From assembly GCA_964543265.1 (NCBI GenBank), contig CAZIWN010000001.1, positions 38,470 through 102,469 of the forward strand: a stretch of 64,000 nucleotides of DNA, in the 5' to 3' direction. A program made the translations under genes and the position numbers. Source of the DNA: an uncultured Candidatus Saccharibacteria bacterium. Its GTDB lineage: Bacteria > Patescibacteriota > Minisyncoccia > UBA6257 > 1-14-0-10-40-38. The notes beneath the pieces were generated by a model. It saw nothing but the letters and a program-made list of their open reading frames with translations, ran no database searches and was not told where the DNA came from. Below, piece after piece: positions 28,865-37,879 of the stretch (positions are counted from its first letter, which is position 1; each line of letters begins with the position of its first letter).

Positions 28865-28900
28865 AACTAAAAACCTCGCATTAATGCGAGGTTTTTAGTT
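28865..28900. terminator. Bidirectional terminator
   Basis: aactaaaaacctcgca/tgcgaggtttttagtt between convergent genes. Confidence 0.85.
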
Positions 28901-28906
28901 AAAAGC

Positions 28907-29482
28907 TTATTCTTTTCCTTTTTCTACTCTTTCGTAGTATTCGCCAGTCTGCGTATTAACTTTCACAATATCTCCTTCATTTACGAATAGTGGGGCATTA
29001 ACCACGGCTCCGGTTTCTAAAACAATTTGCTTTGTTCCGCCGGTTGCTGTATCTCCCTTATATCCAGGAGGAGCTTCTTTTACTTTTAAGTCCATTTTTA
29101 CAGGAACATCTATTCCTATAATCCTTTCTCCAAACTTAATAGCGTTAACTTCTGTATTAGCTTTTAAAAATTTTCCAGGATTTCCAACCAATTCTTCTTT
29201 TAAAGAAAATCTCTTAGAAGGATCTTTTATTTCACAGAACCAAAATTCTCCTTTTGTATTATATAAATACTTAATAGGTCTCTTTTCGATTTCAGCTTCA
29301 TCAAAACTTTCACTGGAGTGGAATGATTGTTCCGTGATTTTTCCAGTTATCAAATTTCTAAGCTTTGTTTTAGATACTGGTTTTCTCTGTTGCATTCTCA
29401 AAAACTCGTAATCTAATACTTCGTATGGCTCTCCATTCATTACGAAAACAATACCTTTTTTTAATTCGTTATAAGCTAACAT
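28907..29482 (-). CDS. efp: Elongation factor P
   Basis: KTKLRNLITG, PPGYKGDTA, LETG....P.FVNEGD..KVNT.TGEY.ER. Confidence 0.93.
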   Translation of the reverse strand: MLAYNELKKGIVFVMNGEPYEVLDYEFLRMQQRKPVSKTKLRNLITGKITEQSFHSSESFDEAEIEKRPIKYLYNTKGEFWFCEIKDPSKRFSLKEELVGNPGKFLKANTEVNAIKFGERIIGIDVPVKMDLKVKEAPPGYKGDTATGGTKQIVLETGAVVNAPLFVNEGDIVKVNTQTGEYYERVEKGKE

Positions 29483-29536
29483 GTTATTAATGTTTGAATT
29501 TAATAGTTTATAGATTATAATCCCAAATACATAGAA

Positions 29537-30589
29537 ATGTCAAAGGCGAGGCAAAATAACAAAAAAACCGTTTTTATTGGTATGTCGGGGGGTGTAGACT
29601 CTTCTGTTTCCGCTGCAATTTTAAAGACTCAAGGATATCAAGTTATTGGAGTTTATATGAAGTGTTGGAATGTCGATGGTTGTGAAGAGCGCGACGCAGA
29701 AGATGCCAGACGCGCCGCAGAATCTCTCGATATTCCTTTTTATGTCTTTGATTTTAAAGAAGAATATAAAAAAAGGGTTGTTGAATATATGGTTGAGGGC
29801 TATAAATCTGGAATCACGCCAAACCCAGACGTTGAATGCAATCGCGAAATTAAATTCGGTCTTTTTTACGATAAAGCCATTTCTCTAGGCGCAGATTTTA
29901 TTGCCACTGGGCATTATGTTGAAAATAAAAACGGAAAACTTTTCGCAGCCAAAGACAAAAATAAAGATCAGTCTTATTTTTTATGGACACTAAAACCAGA
30001 ACAAATAAAAAAATGTATTTTCCCATTAGGAAAAATTAACAAGCCAGAAGTCAGGGTTTTGGCTAAGAAATTTAATCTTCACAACGCCGAAAAGAAAGAT
30101 TCTCAAGGAATTTGTTTTTTAGGTATGGTTTCAATTGAAGATTTTTTAAAGCAATATATTCCAGAAAAAGCAGGAGATATTTTAAACGAAAACGGAGAAA
30201 AAATCGGCACACATAAGGGCGCCTATTATTACACCATCGGTCAGCGTCACGGATTGGGCGTGGGCGGATCCAAAAATCCATTATTCGTTAAGGAAAAAGA
30301 TATTAAAAAAAATATTATAGTTTTAGCCGAGGGGGAAGATAATCCAAGTCTTTTAACTTCAAAGATAATTATTTCCGGAATCAATTTAATAAATAAAAGT
30401 CTAAAATTTCCATTAAATTGTTTTGGGCGCGTTCGTTATCGTCAGCCATTATTTTCGTGTAAAATTAATAAAGTAGGTGATAATCTAGAAGTTGTTTTTA
30501 ACAAACCGCAAAAATTCGTGGCTTCCGGTCAATCTTTTGTTTTTTATTCAAAGTCTGGCGAGATGCTTGGTGGAGGTATAATAAATTAA
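29537..30589 (+). CDS. mnmA: tRNA 2-thiouridine(34) synthase
   Basis: GMSGGVDSSV, TPNPDVECN, ATGHY, KDQSYFL, DSQGICF. Confidence 0.96.
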   Translation: MSKARQNNKKTVFIGMSGGVDSSVSAAILKTQGYQVIGVYMKCWNVDGCEERDAEDARRAAESLDIPFYVFDFKEEYKKRVVEYMVEGYKSGITPNPDVECNREIKFGLFYDKAISLGADFIATGHYVENKNGKLFAAKDKNKDQSYFLWTLKPEQIKKCIFPLGKINKPEVRVLAKKFNLHNAEKKDSQGICFLGMVSIEDFLKQYIPEKAGDILNENGEKIGTHKGAYYYTIGQRHGLGVGGSKNPLFVKEKDIKKNIIVLAEGEDNPSLLTSKIIISGINLINKSLKFPLNCFGRVRYRQPLFSCKINKVGDNLEVVFNKPQKFVASGQSFVFYSKSGEMLGGGIIN

Positions 30590-31932
30590 TGGAAATCAAA
30601 GGAAAATCAACTCTAATACTTGGTTTTGGAAAAGAGGGTAAGAGCGTCTTTAGTTTTTTACAAAAAAACTACCCAAAGATTAAAATCGGTATAGCTGATA
30701 AAAAAAAGATAAAAAACTTAAAAGCATCCGAGATTTTTCACGGCGATAATTACCTTTCTTCGATTAATTCTGGAAAATACGACACAATCATCCGTTCTCC
30801 GGGAATAAAATACAGTAAAGAATTATTAGAGTTTAAAAATAATAGTGGTAATATCACAACCCTTATTAATATATTTTTCAGTCTAGCTAAGGGAAAAATT
30901 GTAGGCATCACCGGCACAAAAGGCAAAAGCACCACCACATCTCTTATATATAAGATTTTAAAAACCAGATACAAAGATCTTCGCTTAGTCGGCAATATCG
31001 GCCGTCCAGCTTTGGATTATCTTGAAAATCAAACCAAGGATACAGTTTTCGTCTGCGAGCTTTCCAGTCAGCAGCTAGAAGATATTAAATACAGTCCCCA
31101 CGTGGCAGTTTTTTTAAATGTCGTAGCAGATCACATTAATTATCATGGAAGTTTTGAATCTTATTTGGATTCAAAAAAGAATATTTTCAAACTACAAAAA
31201 CCTGGAGATTTCTTCATTACCAACCCAGGATATAGAACAATTTCTCCAAAAGAAATTCCAAGCGGCGTAAAAATCATAAATTTTGGACTCAAGCAATCGG
31301 GTAATCAGGTTTATTTTGAAAATAGCGGAATCTATTCAGATGGCGAGAAGATTATTGATCAAAAAGATATTCCTCTTATTGGAAGGGGTAACATTGAAAA
31401 TGTGATGGCTTCCATTTCTGCCGGCTTAGCTTTAGGTTGCGATATAAAAAATATCGAAAAATCTATTAAAAAATTTAAATCCCTTCCTCACAGAATAGAA
31501 TTCATTGGAGAAGTTAAGGGTGTTAAATACTATAATGATTCAATTTCAACCGTTCCAGAGGCCGCTATTCATGCCCTAGAGGGATTAAAAGAAAAAGGCG
31601 AGCGCGTAGAAGTTTTAATCGCCGGTGGTTTTGATAAGGGTGGGGACTATGAGTTATTTGGAAAATTTCTAGGAAATTTTAAAGATTTGCGCCATGTAAG
31701 TCTTTTCCCAGAAACCGGAAGCAAGATTCTAGAGTTTTATAAAAAGTATAGCCAAGATGGAAAAATAATCTTTCATAATATTTCCAATATGAAAGACGCC
31801 GTGAGTATTTGTAAAAAATATTCCTCCAAAGGATCGGTTTGTCTTCTTTCTCCAGGAAGTGCTAGTTTCGGAATATTTAAAGATTACAAAGATCGCGGAA
31901 ATCAATTTAAAAAATTAGCAAAAGAGCTTTAA
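30589..31932 (+). CDS. murD: UDP-N-acetylmuramoyl-L-alanine--D-glutamate ligase
   Basis: SPGI, GITGTKGKSTT, GNIG, ELSSQQL, HRIE, YNDS, LSPG.ASF. Confidence 0.93.
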   Translation: MEIKGKSTLILGFGKEGKSVFSFLQKNYPKIKIGIADKKKIKNLKASEIFHGDNYLSSINSGKYDTIIRSPGIKYSKELLEFKNNSGNITTLINIFFSLAKGKIVGITGTKGKSTTTSLIYKILKTRYKDLRLVGNIGRPALDYLENQTKDTVFVCELSSQQLEDIKYSPHVAVFLNVVADHINYHGSFESYLDSKKNIFKLQKPGDFFITNPGYRTISPKEIPSGVKIINFGLKQSGNQVYFENSGIYSDGEKIIDQKDIPLIGRGNIENVMASISAGLALGCDIKNIEKSIKKFKSLPHRIEFIGEVKGVKYYNDSISTVPEAAIHALEGLKEKGERVEVLIAGGFDKGGDYELFGKFLGNFKDLRHVSLFPETGSKILEFYKKYSQDGKIIFHNISNMKDAVSICKKYSSKGSVCLLSPGSASFGIFKDYKDRGNQFKKLAKEL

Positions 31933-31944
31933 TTTAGTTTCGGA

Positions 31945-32430
31945 ATGAAAAACCTAGAGGATTACTACAAAAATCGCCCCCAAAAAATGATGGGCTCATG
32001 TTGCATCTTCTTTAATGAAAAAAACGAGGTGCTTTTGGTTAAGCCTACTTATAAAGATTATTGGGCTTTGCCAGGGGGCGGAGTTGAGTTAAATGAATCC
32101 CCGATGTCTGCCTGTATTAGAGAGGTTAAGGAAGAGGTGGGTCTTAATATTAAAAATATAGATTTTATTTGCGTAGACTATAATCCCAATAACGGAAAAT
32201 ATAATAGTGATTCTTTAGAATTTTTATTCTTCGGCGGTATTTTGGATAAAAATCAAATTAAGAAAATAAAATTAGCCAAAGGAGAAATAGAAAATTTCAA
32301 ATTTGCTCCACAAGAAGAAGCTTTTTTAATAATAGGCGGAAGACTCAAAAACAGATTGCCGGTAGCCCTGAAACTTATCAAAAACAATACCCCATCATAT
32401 CTCGAAAACGCCAACCTTTTACAAGCTTGA
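31945..32430 (+). CDS. NUDIX hydrolase
   Basis: Nudix box [24 protein letters not shown]. Confidence 0.92.
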   Translation: MKNLEDYYKNRPQKMMGSCCIFFNEKNEVLLVKPTYKDYWALPGGGVELNESPMSACIREVKEEVGLNIKNIDFICVDYNPNNGKYNSDSLEFLFFGGILDKNQIKKIKLAKGEIENFKFAPQEEAFLIIGGRLKNRLPVALKLIKNNTPSYLENANLLQA

Positions 32431-32518
32431 TTTTTGAGCTATTTTGCCGGAAAATGGGTAATTGTCTGCTCCCAATTCGGGAAAAAGACAAGGAATTCAA
32501 CAAAGTAAGGAGGCTTAA

Positions 32519-32668
32519 GTGCGCGTCATCTACGATGCAGTTCTGGGGCTACTGGCTTTTGCCCGTGGCTCCTGGAACAAGTTGTTCGAGGAAGATGCCA
32601 TCACGAGGGTGAGGAGAAGGATCGAGCGAGCTCGAGATGAGGGCAGGATTCCAAGACGAGCAGCATGA
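32519..32668 (+). CDS. Orphan 49-aa Arg-rich peptide MRVIYDAVLGLLAFARGSWNKLFEEDAITRVRRRIERARDEGRIPRRAA
   Basis: Hand translation from GTG with TAAGGAGG SD; stop lies just before a terminator; GC-rich. Confidence 0.6.
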   Translation: MRVIYDAVLGLLAFARGSWNKLFEEDAITRVRRRIERARDEGRIPRRAA

Positions 32669-32676
32669 ATTTCAAC

Positions 32677-32723
32677 AGGGCCTTTTATCGGAACGCAGTT
32701 TCCGGTCGAAAGGCCCTTTTTTT
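32677..32723 (+). terminator. Long-stem intrinsic terminator
   Basis: agggccttt..tcggaa..ttccgg..aaaggccct plus T run. Confidence 0.8.
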
Positions 32724-32751
32724 ATTCCAATTTAAGTTTTAAGATTATTCT

Positions 32752-33321
32752 ATGCTTATCGTAGTTACTGGAAACGGAAAGGGTAAAACAACTTCCGCCC
32801 TAGGCCAATCTTTAAGAATGATTGGGCGCGGAAAAAAAGTTTTATTTATTCAGTTTATTAAAGGACCTTGGAAATCTGGTGAAGATGAATTTGTGGCAAA
32901 ACTTCAAAATCAAAAAGCTAAATTAAGCTCAGAACAGTCTTTGGGTTTAGAAAATCTCTATAATTTTGAAATTCGAAAAATGGGCAAGGGTTTTGTGGGG
33001 ATCTTAGACGACAATCTTCCGTTTGAGGAGCATAAAAAATCAGCTCAAATTGCTTTAAAAGAGTTCGAAACAGAACTTGCTTCAAATAAATGGGACATGA
33101 TTGTTTTAGACGAAATAAATGTGGCCACATCTTTAAATCTTTTAACTCCACAAGAAGTTTTAAGATCTCTTAAAAATGTCCCGCTAGAAAAATTTGTAAT
33201 GCTTACGGGCCGCAGCGCTCCTCAAGAGTTTATAGACGCCGCAGATTTAGTTTCTGAAGTAAAAGAAATTAAACATCCTTTCAATGATGGAAAACTTGCA
33301 AAAATCGCTCTCGAATTTTAG
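32752..33321 (+). CDS. cobO: Cob(I)alamin adenosyltransferase (CobA/CobO/BtuR family)
   Basis: TGNGKGKTTSALG, QFIKG, VLDEIN, LTGR.AP, AD.V.E...KHPF. Confidence 0.88.
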   Translation: MLIVVTGNGKGKTTSALGQSLRMIGRGKKVLFIQFIKGPWKSGEDEFVAKLQNQKAKLSSEQSLGLENLYNFEIRKMGKGFVGILDDNLPFEEHKKSAQIALKEFETELASNKWDMIVLDEINVATSLNLLTPQEVLRSLKNVPLEKFVMLTGRSAPQEFIDAADLVSEVKEIKHPFNDGKLAKIALEF

Positions 33322-34753
33322 TTCGGAAAAATTGAATCCATACGACTTCTTCTTCTATTTCATACTATTTTTCTTTCTTGGTATTTTATTATTTGAGTCT
33401 CCTGTCTCCATTCTTTTATTGATACTAATTTTAATTTTCGGCACTATAATTTTCTTTTTCGGCTTTAAAAAACCGATATTTTTAATCTTTCCACTATTTA
33501 GTATTTTGGGATTTTTATACGCCATCGGTTATGATCTCGCTTCAAAAAAAGAAAATAATTTAATCTTCGATCAAAAAATTTCAGCCATCGGTATTGTTGA
33601 AGATTCCAAAATCCAAGTAGAAGATCAAAAGCTAATTTTAAATATCAAAACTCCCTTCACGGGTAAGATAGAGATAAAAACGCAGAAATATCCGGCATTT
33701 GAATATGGAGATATCGTTTCATTTCAGGGAACCATAAAAAAACCAGAAGGGGGATACGCAAAATACTTAGAGAAAGAAAATGTTTACGGCACCTCTAATT
33801 TTGCTAACATTTCTCTCTTGAAAAAGAATAAATCCTTTTCATTTAAATCAATACTCTTCAAATCAAGAAGATTTTTCGAAAAATCTATCGACGATAATGT
33901 TTCTGGCATCTATGCTCCGCTTATAAAAGGAGTAGTTTTGGGCGACACTTCATCTTTTCCCCAAGAATTAAAGCAAGAAATGCGCTTAACTGGCACCACT
34001 CACGTTGTGGCGCTTTCCGGATATAACGTTCAAGTCATAGAATCTTTTGTGATTCTTTTATTTTCCTATTTTTTAAAAAGAAAAAAAGCATTTTTCATTT
34101 CCGCCCCGATAATAATCTGTTTTGTTTTTATGGTTGGCGCTCCGGCCTCCCTCGTTCGCGCCGCAATCATGAGCGGGATCTTAGCGGTGGCAGAATTTTC
34201 CAAGCGCACTTATGGAGTTAGAAATTCTCTTTTCGCCTGCGCCCTGATTATGATTTTAATTAATCCGAAAATTCTAGTTTGGGACATTGGTTTCCAGCTT
34301 TCTTTCTTTTCAGTCTTGGGCCTAGCTTATGTTAGTCCATTTTTAACCAAATTGTTGAAAATTGAGAATGCCGGTTTCCTAAACTGGAAAAGTAATTTAA
34401 TTAGCTCCATATCTGCCTTAATAGCAGTATTAGGAATCACGATTTATAACTTCTCTTTCTTTTCGCCGATCTCATTGCTGGTTAATATCTTAATTCTTCC
34501 CGTAATTCCATTTTTAATGTTTTTTGGTTTCACTATAGTTTTCTCTAATATATTTTTAAGTTTCTTTGCCTCACTATTTGGAATTTTAGCCAACGCCTTT
34601 TCGGCATATTTTTTATGGATTTTAAATATCTTCAGCCATTTAGGAAAATTTGGTTTTAATTTCGGAGCTTTCTCGCCATATTTTACAATTATCTATTACC
34701 TAATTTTGTCATTCATGTTTTATAGATACATATTAAAACCAAAACGCATTTAA
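33284..34753 (+). CDS. comEC: ComEC/Rec2 competence channel (OB plus transmembrane competence domain)
   Basis: GTTHVVALSGYN, S..RA.IM, DIGFQLSF; exact start uncertain. Confidence 0.9.
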   Translation: MMENLQKSLSNFSSEKLNPYDFFFYFILFFFLGILLFESPVSILLLILILIFGTIIFFFGFKKPIFLIFPLFSILGFLYAIGYDLASKKENNLIFDQKISAIGIVEDSKIQVEDQKLILNIKTPFTGKIEIKTQKYPAFEYGDIVSFQGTIKKPEGGYAKYLEKENVYGTSNFANISLLKKNKSFSFKSILFKSRRFFEKSIDDNVSGIYAPLIKGVVLGDTSSFPQELKQEMRLTGTTHVVALSGYNVQVIESFVILLFSYFLKRKKAFFISAPIIICFVFMVGAPASLVRAAIMSGILAVAEFSKRTYGVRNSLFACALIMILINPKILVWDIGFQLSFFSVLGLAYVSPFLTKLLKIENAGFLNWKSNLISSISALIAVLGITIYNFSFFSPISLLVNILILPVIPFLMFFGFTIVFSNIFLSFFASLFGILANAFSAYFLWILNIFSHLGKFGFNFGAFSPYFTIIYYLILSFMFYRYILKPKRI

Positions 34754-34754
34754 T

Positions 34755-35618
34755 ATGGAAAATTTTCACAGAAAATTATATTTCCCAATTTTTTGTCTAG
34801 TTATTTTAAATATCTTTATTTGGAATCTTATTTTTTCAGTTAAAACTGGAATAAAATTATATTTTCTAAATGTCGGGCAAGGGGATTCAGAGTTAATAGA
34901 GTTTTCTAGCGGGAGATTCTCCAATCCCGTTCATATTCTAATCGACGCAGGCGTAGCCAATGGCGAATCGCTTAAGAATTTAGATAAAATAATCTCTCCT
35001 TTTTCTAAAAAAATAGATTTAGCCATAGCAACGCACGCCCAACTAGATCATTTCGGGGGATTTATGGATATATTTCAAAAATATAAAGTTGGATATTTTA
35101 TTTCAAACGGCAAGCCAAATACCACCAGATCATATGAATCTTTAATGAATATTATTGATGCTCAAAAAATAAACACAATAAAGCTCGTAGAGGGGGATTC
35201 AATTTCCTATGGAGACTACAAATTAAAAGTATTATCTCCCGACGCGCCATCGTTGGCCTCGAAAGAATTAAACGACGGTTGCTTGGTCACAAAACTAGAA
35301 TCAAAAGATTTAACCGCCCTTTTCACCTGCGACATTGGCTTTAATATAGAAGATATTTTAGTAAAAAAATATAATCTCGCTTCAGACGTCTTAAAAGTTC
35401 CCCATCACGGCTCCAGATTTTCCTCCAGTGCCAGTTTCCTCTCCGCAGTTTCTCCAAAAGTTTCAATTATAGAAGTTGGCAAAAACACCTACGGCCACCC
35501 CACGCCCGATGCCCTAAAGCGCCTATCCAGCTCCGCCAGTTTAATTTTCACCACAAAAGACAATGGGACAATCCTAGTTGAACCAATAAATAATTTATTA
35601 AAAGTTTATAAAATGTAA
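34755..35618 (+). CDS. ComEC-type metallo-beta-lactamase domain protein (split ComEC C-terminal part)
   Basis: NVGQGDS, ATHAQLDHFGG, LKVPHHGS, NTYGHP. Confidence 0.88.
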   Translation: MENFHRKLYFPIFCLVILNIFIWNLIFSVKTGIKLYFLNVGQGDSELIEFSSGRFSNPVHILIDAGVANGESLKNLDKIISPFSKKIDLAIATHAQLDHFGGFMDIFQKYKVGYFISNGKPNTTRSYESLMNIIDAQKINTIKLVEGDSISYGDYKLKVLSPDAPSLASKELNDGCLVTKLESKDLTALFTCDIGFNIEDILVKKYNLASDVLKVPHHGSRFSSSASFLSAVSPKVSIIEVGKNTYGHPTPDALKRLSSSASLIFTTKDNGTILVEPINNLLKVYKM

Positions 35619-35773
35619 AATAAGGAGTTGGGTTTATCTTATTCCACCAATACCATTTGACATTCGGTAGCCCTTTATTATAAACTCTATCTACACTATT
35701 TTTTATAAAAAAATATTAAGAAATATACAAATTAAGCAACGTCGAATTCAAAAATTTTTATTAATTTAAAAAA

Positions 35774-36976
35774 ATGGCAGAAAAAGAGAAGTTCCAAAGA
35801 AGTAAGCCGCACGTTAACGTCGGCACAATCGGTCACGTCGACCACGGTAAAACCACTTTAAGCGCAGCCTTAAGCCACGTCCAATCTTTAACCGGACAAG
35901 CTAAGGAAAAGAGCTATGCTGATATCGCTAAAGGAGGAGTAGTTCGCGATGATTCCAAAATCGTAACCATCGCAGTCTCTCACTTAGAATATGAGAGCGA
36001 AAAGAGGCACTATGCCCACATCGACTGCCCAGGGCACGCCGATTACATTAAAAACATGATCACAGGAGCCGCTCAAATGGACGGAGCAATTTTGGTTGTT
36101 TCCGCTGTTGACGGTCCAATGCCTCAAACCAGAGAGCACATCTTGCTTGCTAGACAAGTAGGTGTTCCTCAAATCGTAGTTTTCTTGAACAAGGTAGATT
36201 TAGTCGACGATAAAGAAATCTTAGACTTAGTCGAAGACGAAATCAGGGAATTATTGAAGAAATATGAATATCCAGGAGATAAGACTCCTATTATAAGAGG
36301 TTCAGCTTCCTTAGCTTTAGCCGCTAAAGCAGCTACCGATCCAAACACCGAATGCATTAAGCAGTTAGTTAAGGCTTTGGATGAATTCATCCCAGAACCA
36401 GTCAGAGACACAGCCAAACCATTCCTTATGCCAGTAGAAGACATCTTCTCTATTGAAGGAAGAGGAACTGTAGTCACAGGAAGAATCGAAAGAGGAATCG
36501 TTAAGACTGGAGAAGAAGTTGAAATCGTTGGATTAAAACCAACAGCTAAGAGCGTTATTACCGGAGTTGAAATGTTCCAAAAGACATTAGATGAAGGACG
36601 CGCTGGAGACAACGTTGGTCTCTTAATGAGAGGATTAAAGAAAGAGGATGTTGAGCGTGGTCAGGTTATCTCTAAGCCTGGATCAATCACTCCTCATACT
36701 GAATTCGACGCAGAAGTATATATCTTAAGCAAAGAAGAAGGAGGAAGACACACCCCATTCTTTAAGGGCTATAAACCACAGTTCTATATCAGAACAACCG
36801 ACGTAACCGGAGAAGTAGTTTTGGCTGCCGGAGTTGAAATGGTAATGCCAGGAGACAGAACAACTTTCCACGTTAAGCTTATTGCCCCAGTAGCTATGGA
36901 AGAAAAGATGAAATTCGCTATCAGAGAAGGAGGAAGAACTGTCGGAGCAGGAGTTGTTACAAAAATAACAGCCTAA
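35774..36976 (+). CDS. tuf: Elongation factor Tu with divergent switch I
   Basis: [32 protein letters not shown]. Confidence 0.98.
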   Translation: MAEKEKFQRSKPHVNVGTIGHVDHGKTTLSAALSHVQSLTGQAKEKSYADIAKGGVVRDDSKIVTIAVSHLEYESEKRHYAHIDCPGHADYIKNMITGAAQMDGAILVVSAVDGPMPQTREHILLARQVGVPQIVVFLNKVDLVDDKEILDLVEDEIRELLKKYEYPGDKTPIIRGSASLALAAKAATDPNTECIKQLVKALDEFIPEPVRDTAKPFLMPVEDIFSIEGRGTVVTGRIERGIVKTGEEVEIVGLKPTAKSVITGVEMFQKTLDEGRAGDNVGLLMRGLKKEDVERGQVISKPGSITPHTEFDAEVYILSKEEGGRHTPFFKGYKPQFYIRTTDVTGEVVLAAGVEMVMPGDRTTFHVKLIAPVAMEEKMKFAIREGGRTVGAGVVTKITA

Positions 36977-37008
36977 ATTTAATTCCTTCAAGAATTAATT
37001 AAAACAAC

Positions 37009-37332
37009 ATGGTTCAAACCCTTGAAAAAGACAGAATAAGATTGAGGATCAGGTCATACGATCATAAATTGATCGATGCCACCTGCAAGCAGATAATCGA
37101 GACAGCTAAGCGCCACGAGGCAAAAATTGCTGGCCCGATTCCTCTGCCAACCGATATGAAAAAATATACGGTTAACAGGTCCACATTCGTTCATAAGAAT
37201 TCAAGAGAGCAATTTGAGATGAGAATGCATAAAAGATTAATAGATATCTTAAATCCAAATCAGGCTCTCATGGAATCACTTTCAAGGATGAATCTTCCTT
37301 CAGGAGTGGACATTGAGATAAAAATGTCTTAG
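37009..37332 (+). CDS. rpsJ: 30S ribosomal protein S10
   Basis: GPIPLPT, REQFEMR.HKRLIDI. Confidence 0.97.
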   Translation: MVQTLEKDRIRLRIRSYDHKLIDATCKQIIETAKRHEAKIAGPIPLPTDMKKYTVNRSTFVHKNSREQFEMRMHKRLIDILNPNQALMESLSRMNLPSGVDIEIKMS

Positions 37333-37381
37333 TATATAATCAGTTTTGACAGGCAGACGATAAGTTTCCGAATCGAGGTAA

Positions 37382-37422
37382 CTAATAGAAACTGCCGAAT
37401 GATTGTCGGCAGTTTTTATTAG
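37382..37422 (+). promoter_or_regulatory. Hairpin (terminator/attenuator-like) between rpsJ and rplC
   Basis: ctaatagaaactgccga/tcggcagtttttattag. Confidence 0.6.
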
Positions 37423-37437
37423 AATCAATAAAAAACA

Positions 37438-37863
37438 ATGAAGATAAAAGGTTTAAAACTTAAAATGACTCAAATCTGGGGCGAAAACGACGCTGTTTTC
37501 GGCGTAACCCCTGTAAAATTTGATGAAAAAGCCGATTTATCAGGTTTAAAAGCCGGAGAATTAGTAATGGTTTCCGGTTTAACTAAGGGAAGAGGTTTTC
37601 AGGGTGTAGTTAAGCGCCATGGCTTCCACGGAGGACCAAAAACCCACGGTCAGAAAAACAGACACAGGGCTCCTGGTTCTATTGGTAATACGGCTCCTCA
37701 GAGAGTTTTGCCTGGAAGAAGAATGGCTGGACACATGGGAATGACCACATCTACTTCTAAAAATATCAAAATAGTTAAAATCGAAGACTCGATTAAGACT
37801 ATTTATTTAAACGGATCAGCTCCTGGACACATCGGAACTCCAGTCGTTATTTCAAAAAAATAG
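37438..37863 (+). CDS. rplC: 50S ribosomal protein L3, internally shortened (141 aa)
   Basis: KGRGFQGVVKRHGF, HR.PGSIG, MAGHMG. Confidence 0.93.
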   Translation: MKIKGLKLKMTQIWGENDAVFGVTPVKFDEKADLSGLKAGELVMVSGLTKGRGFQGVVKRHGFHGGPKTHGQKNRHRAPGSIGNTAPQRVLPGRRMAGHMGMTTSTSKNIKIVKIEDSIKTIYLNGSAPGHIGTPVVISKK

Positions 37864-37879
37864 ACATTTAATTATTATC

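Noticed and set aside
32427-32612. 61-aa ORF from the track
   Set aside because: No SD; the SD and terminator fit the 32519-32668 frame
7299-32723. Bulged hairpins after the orphan cassettes as integron attC sites
   Set aside because: No RYYYAAC/GTTRRRY core pairs, cassettes are not arrayed, no IntI; U-tracts fit terminators
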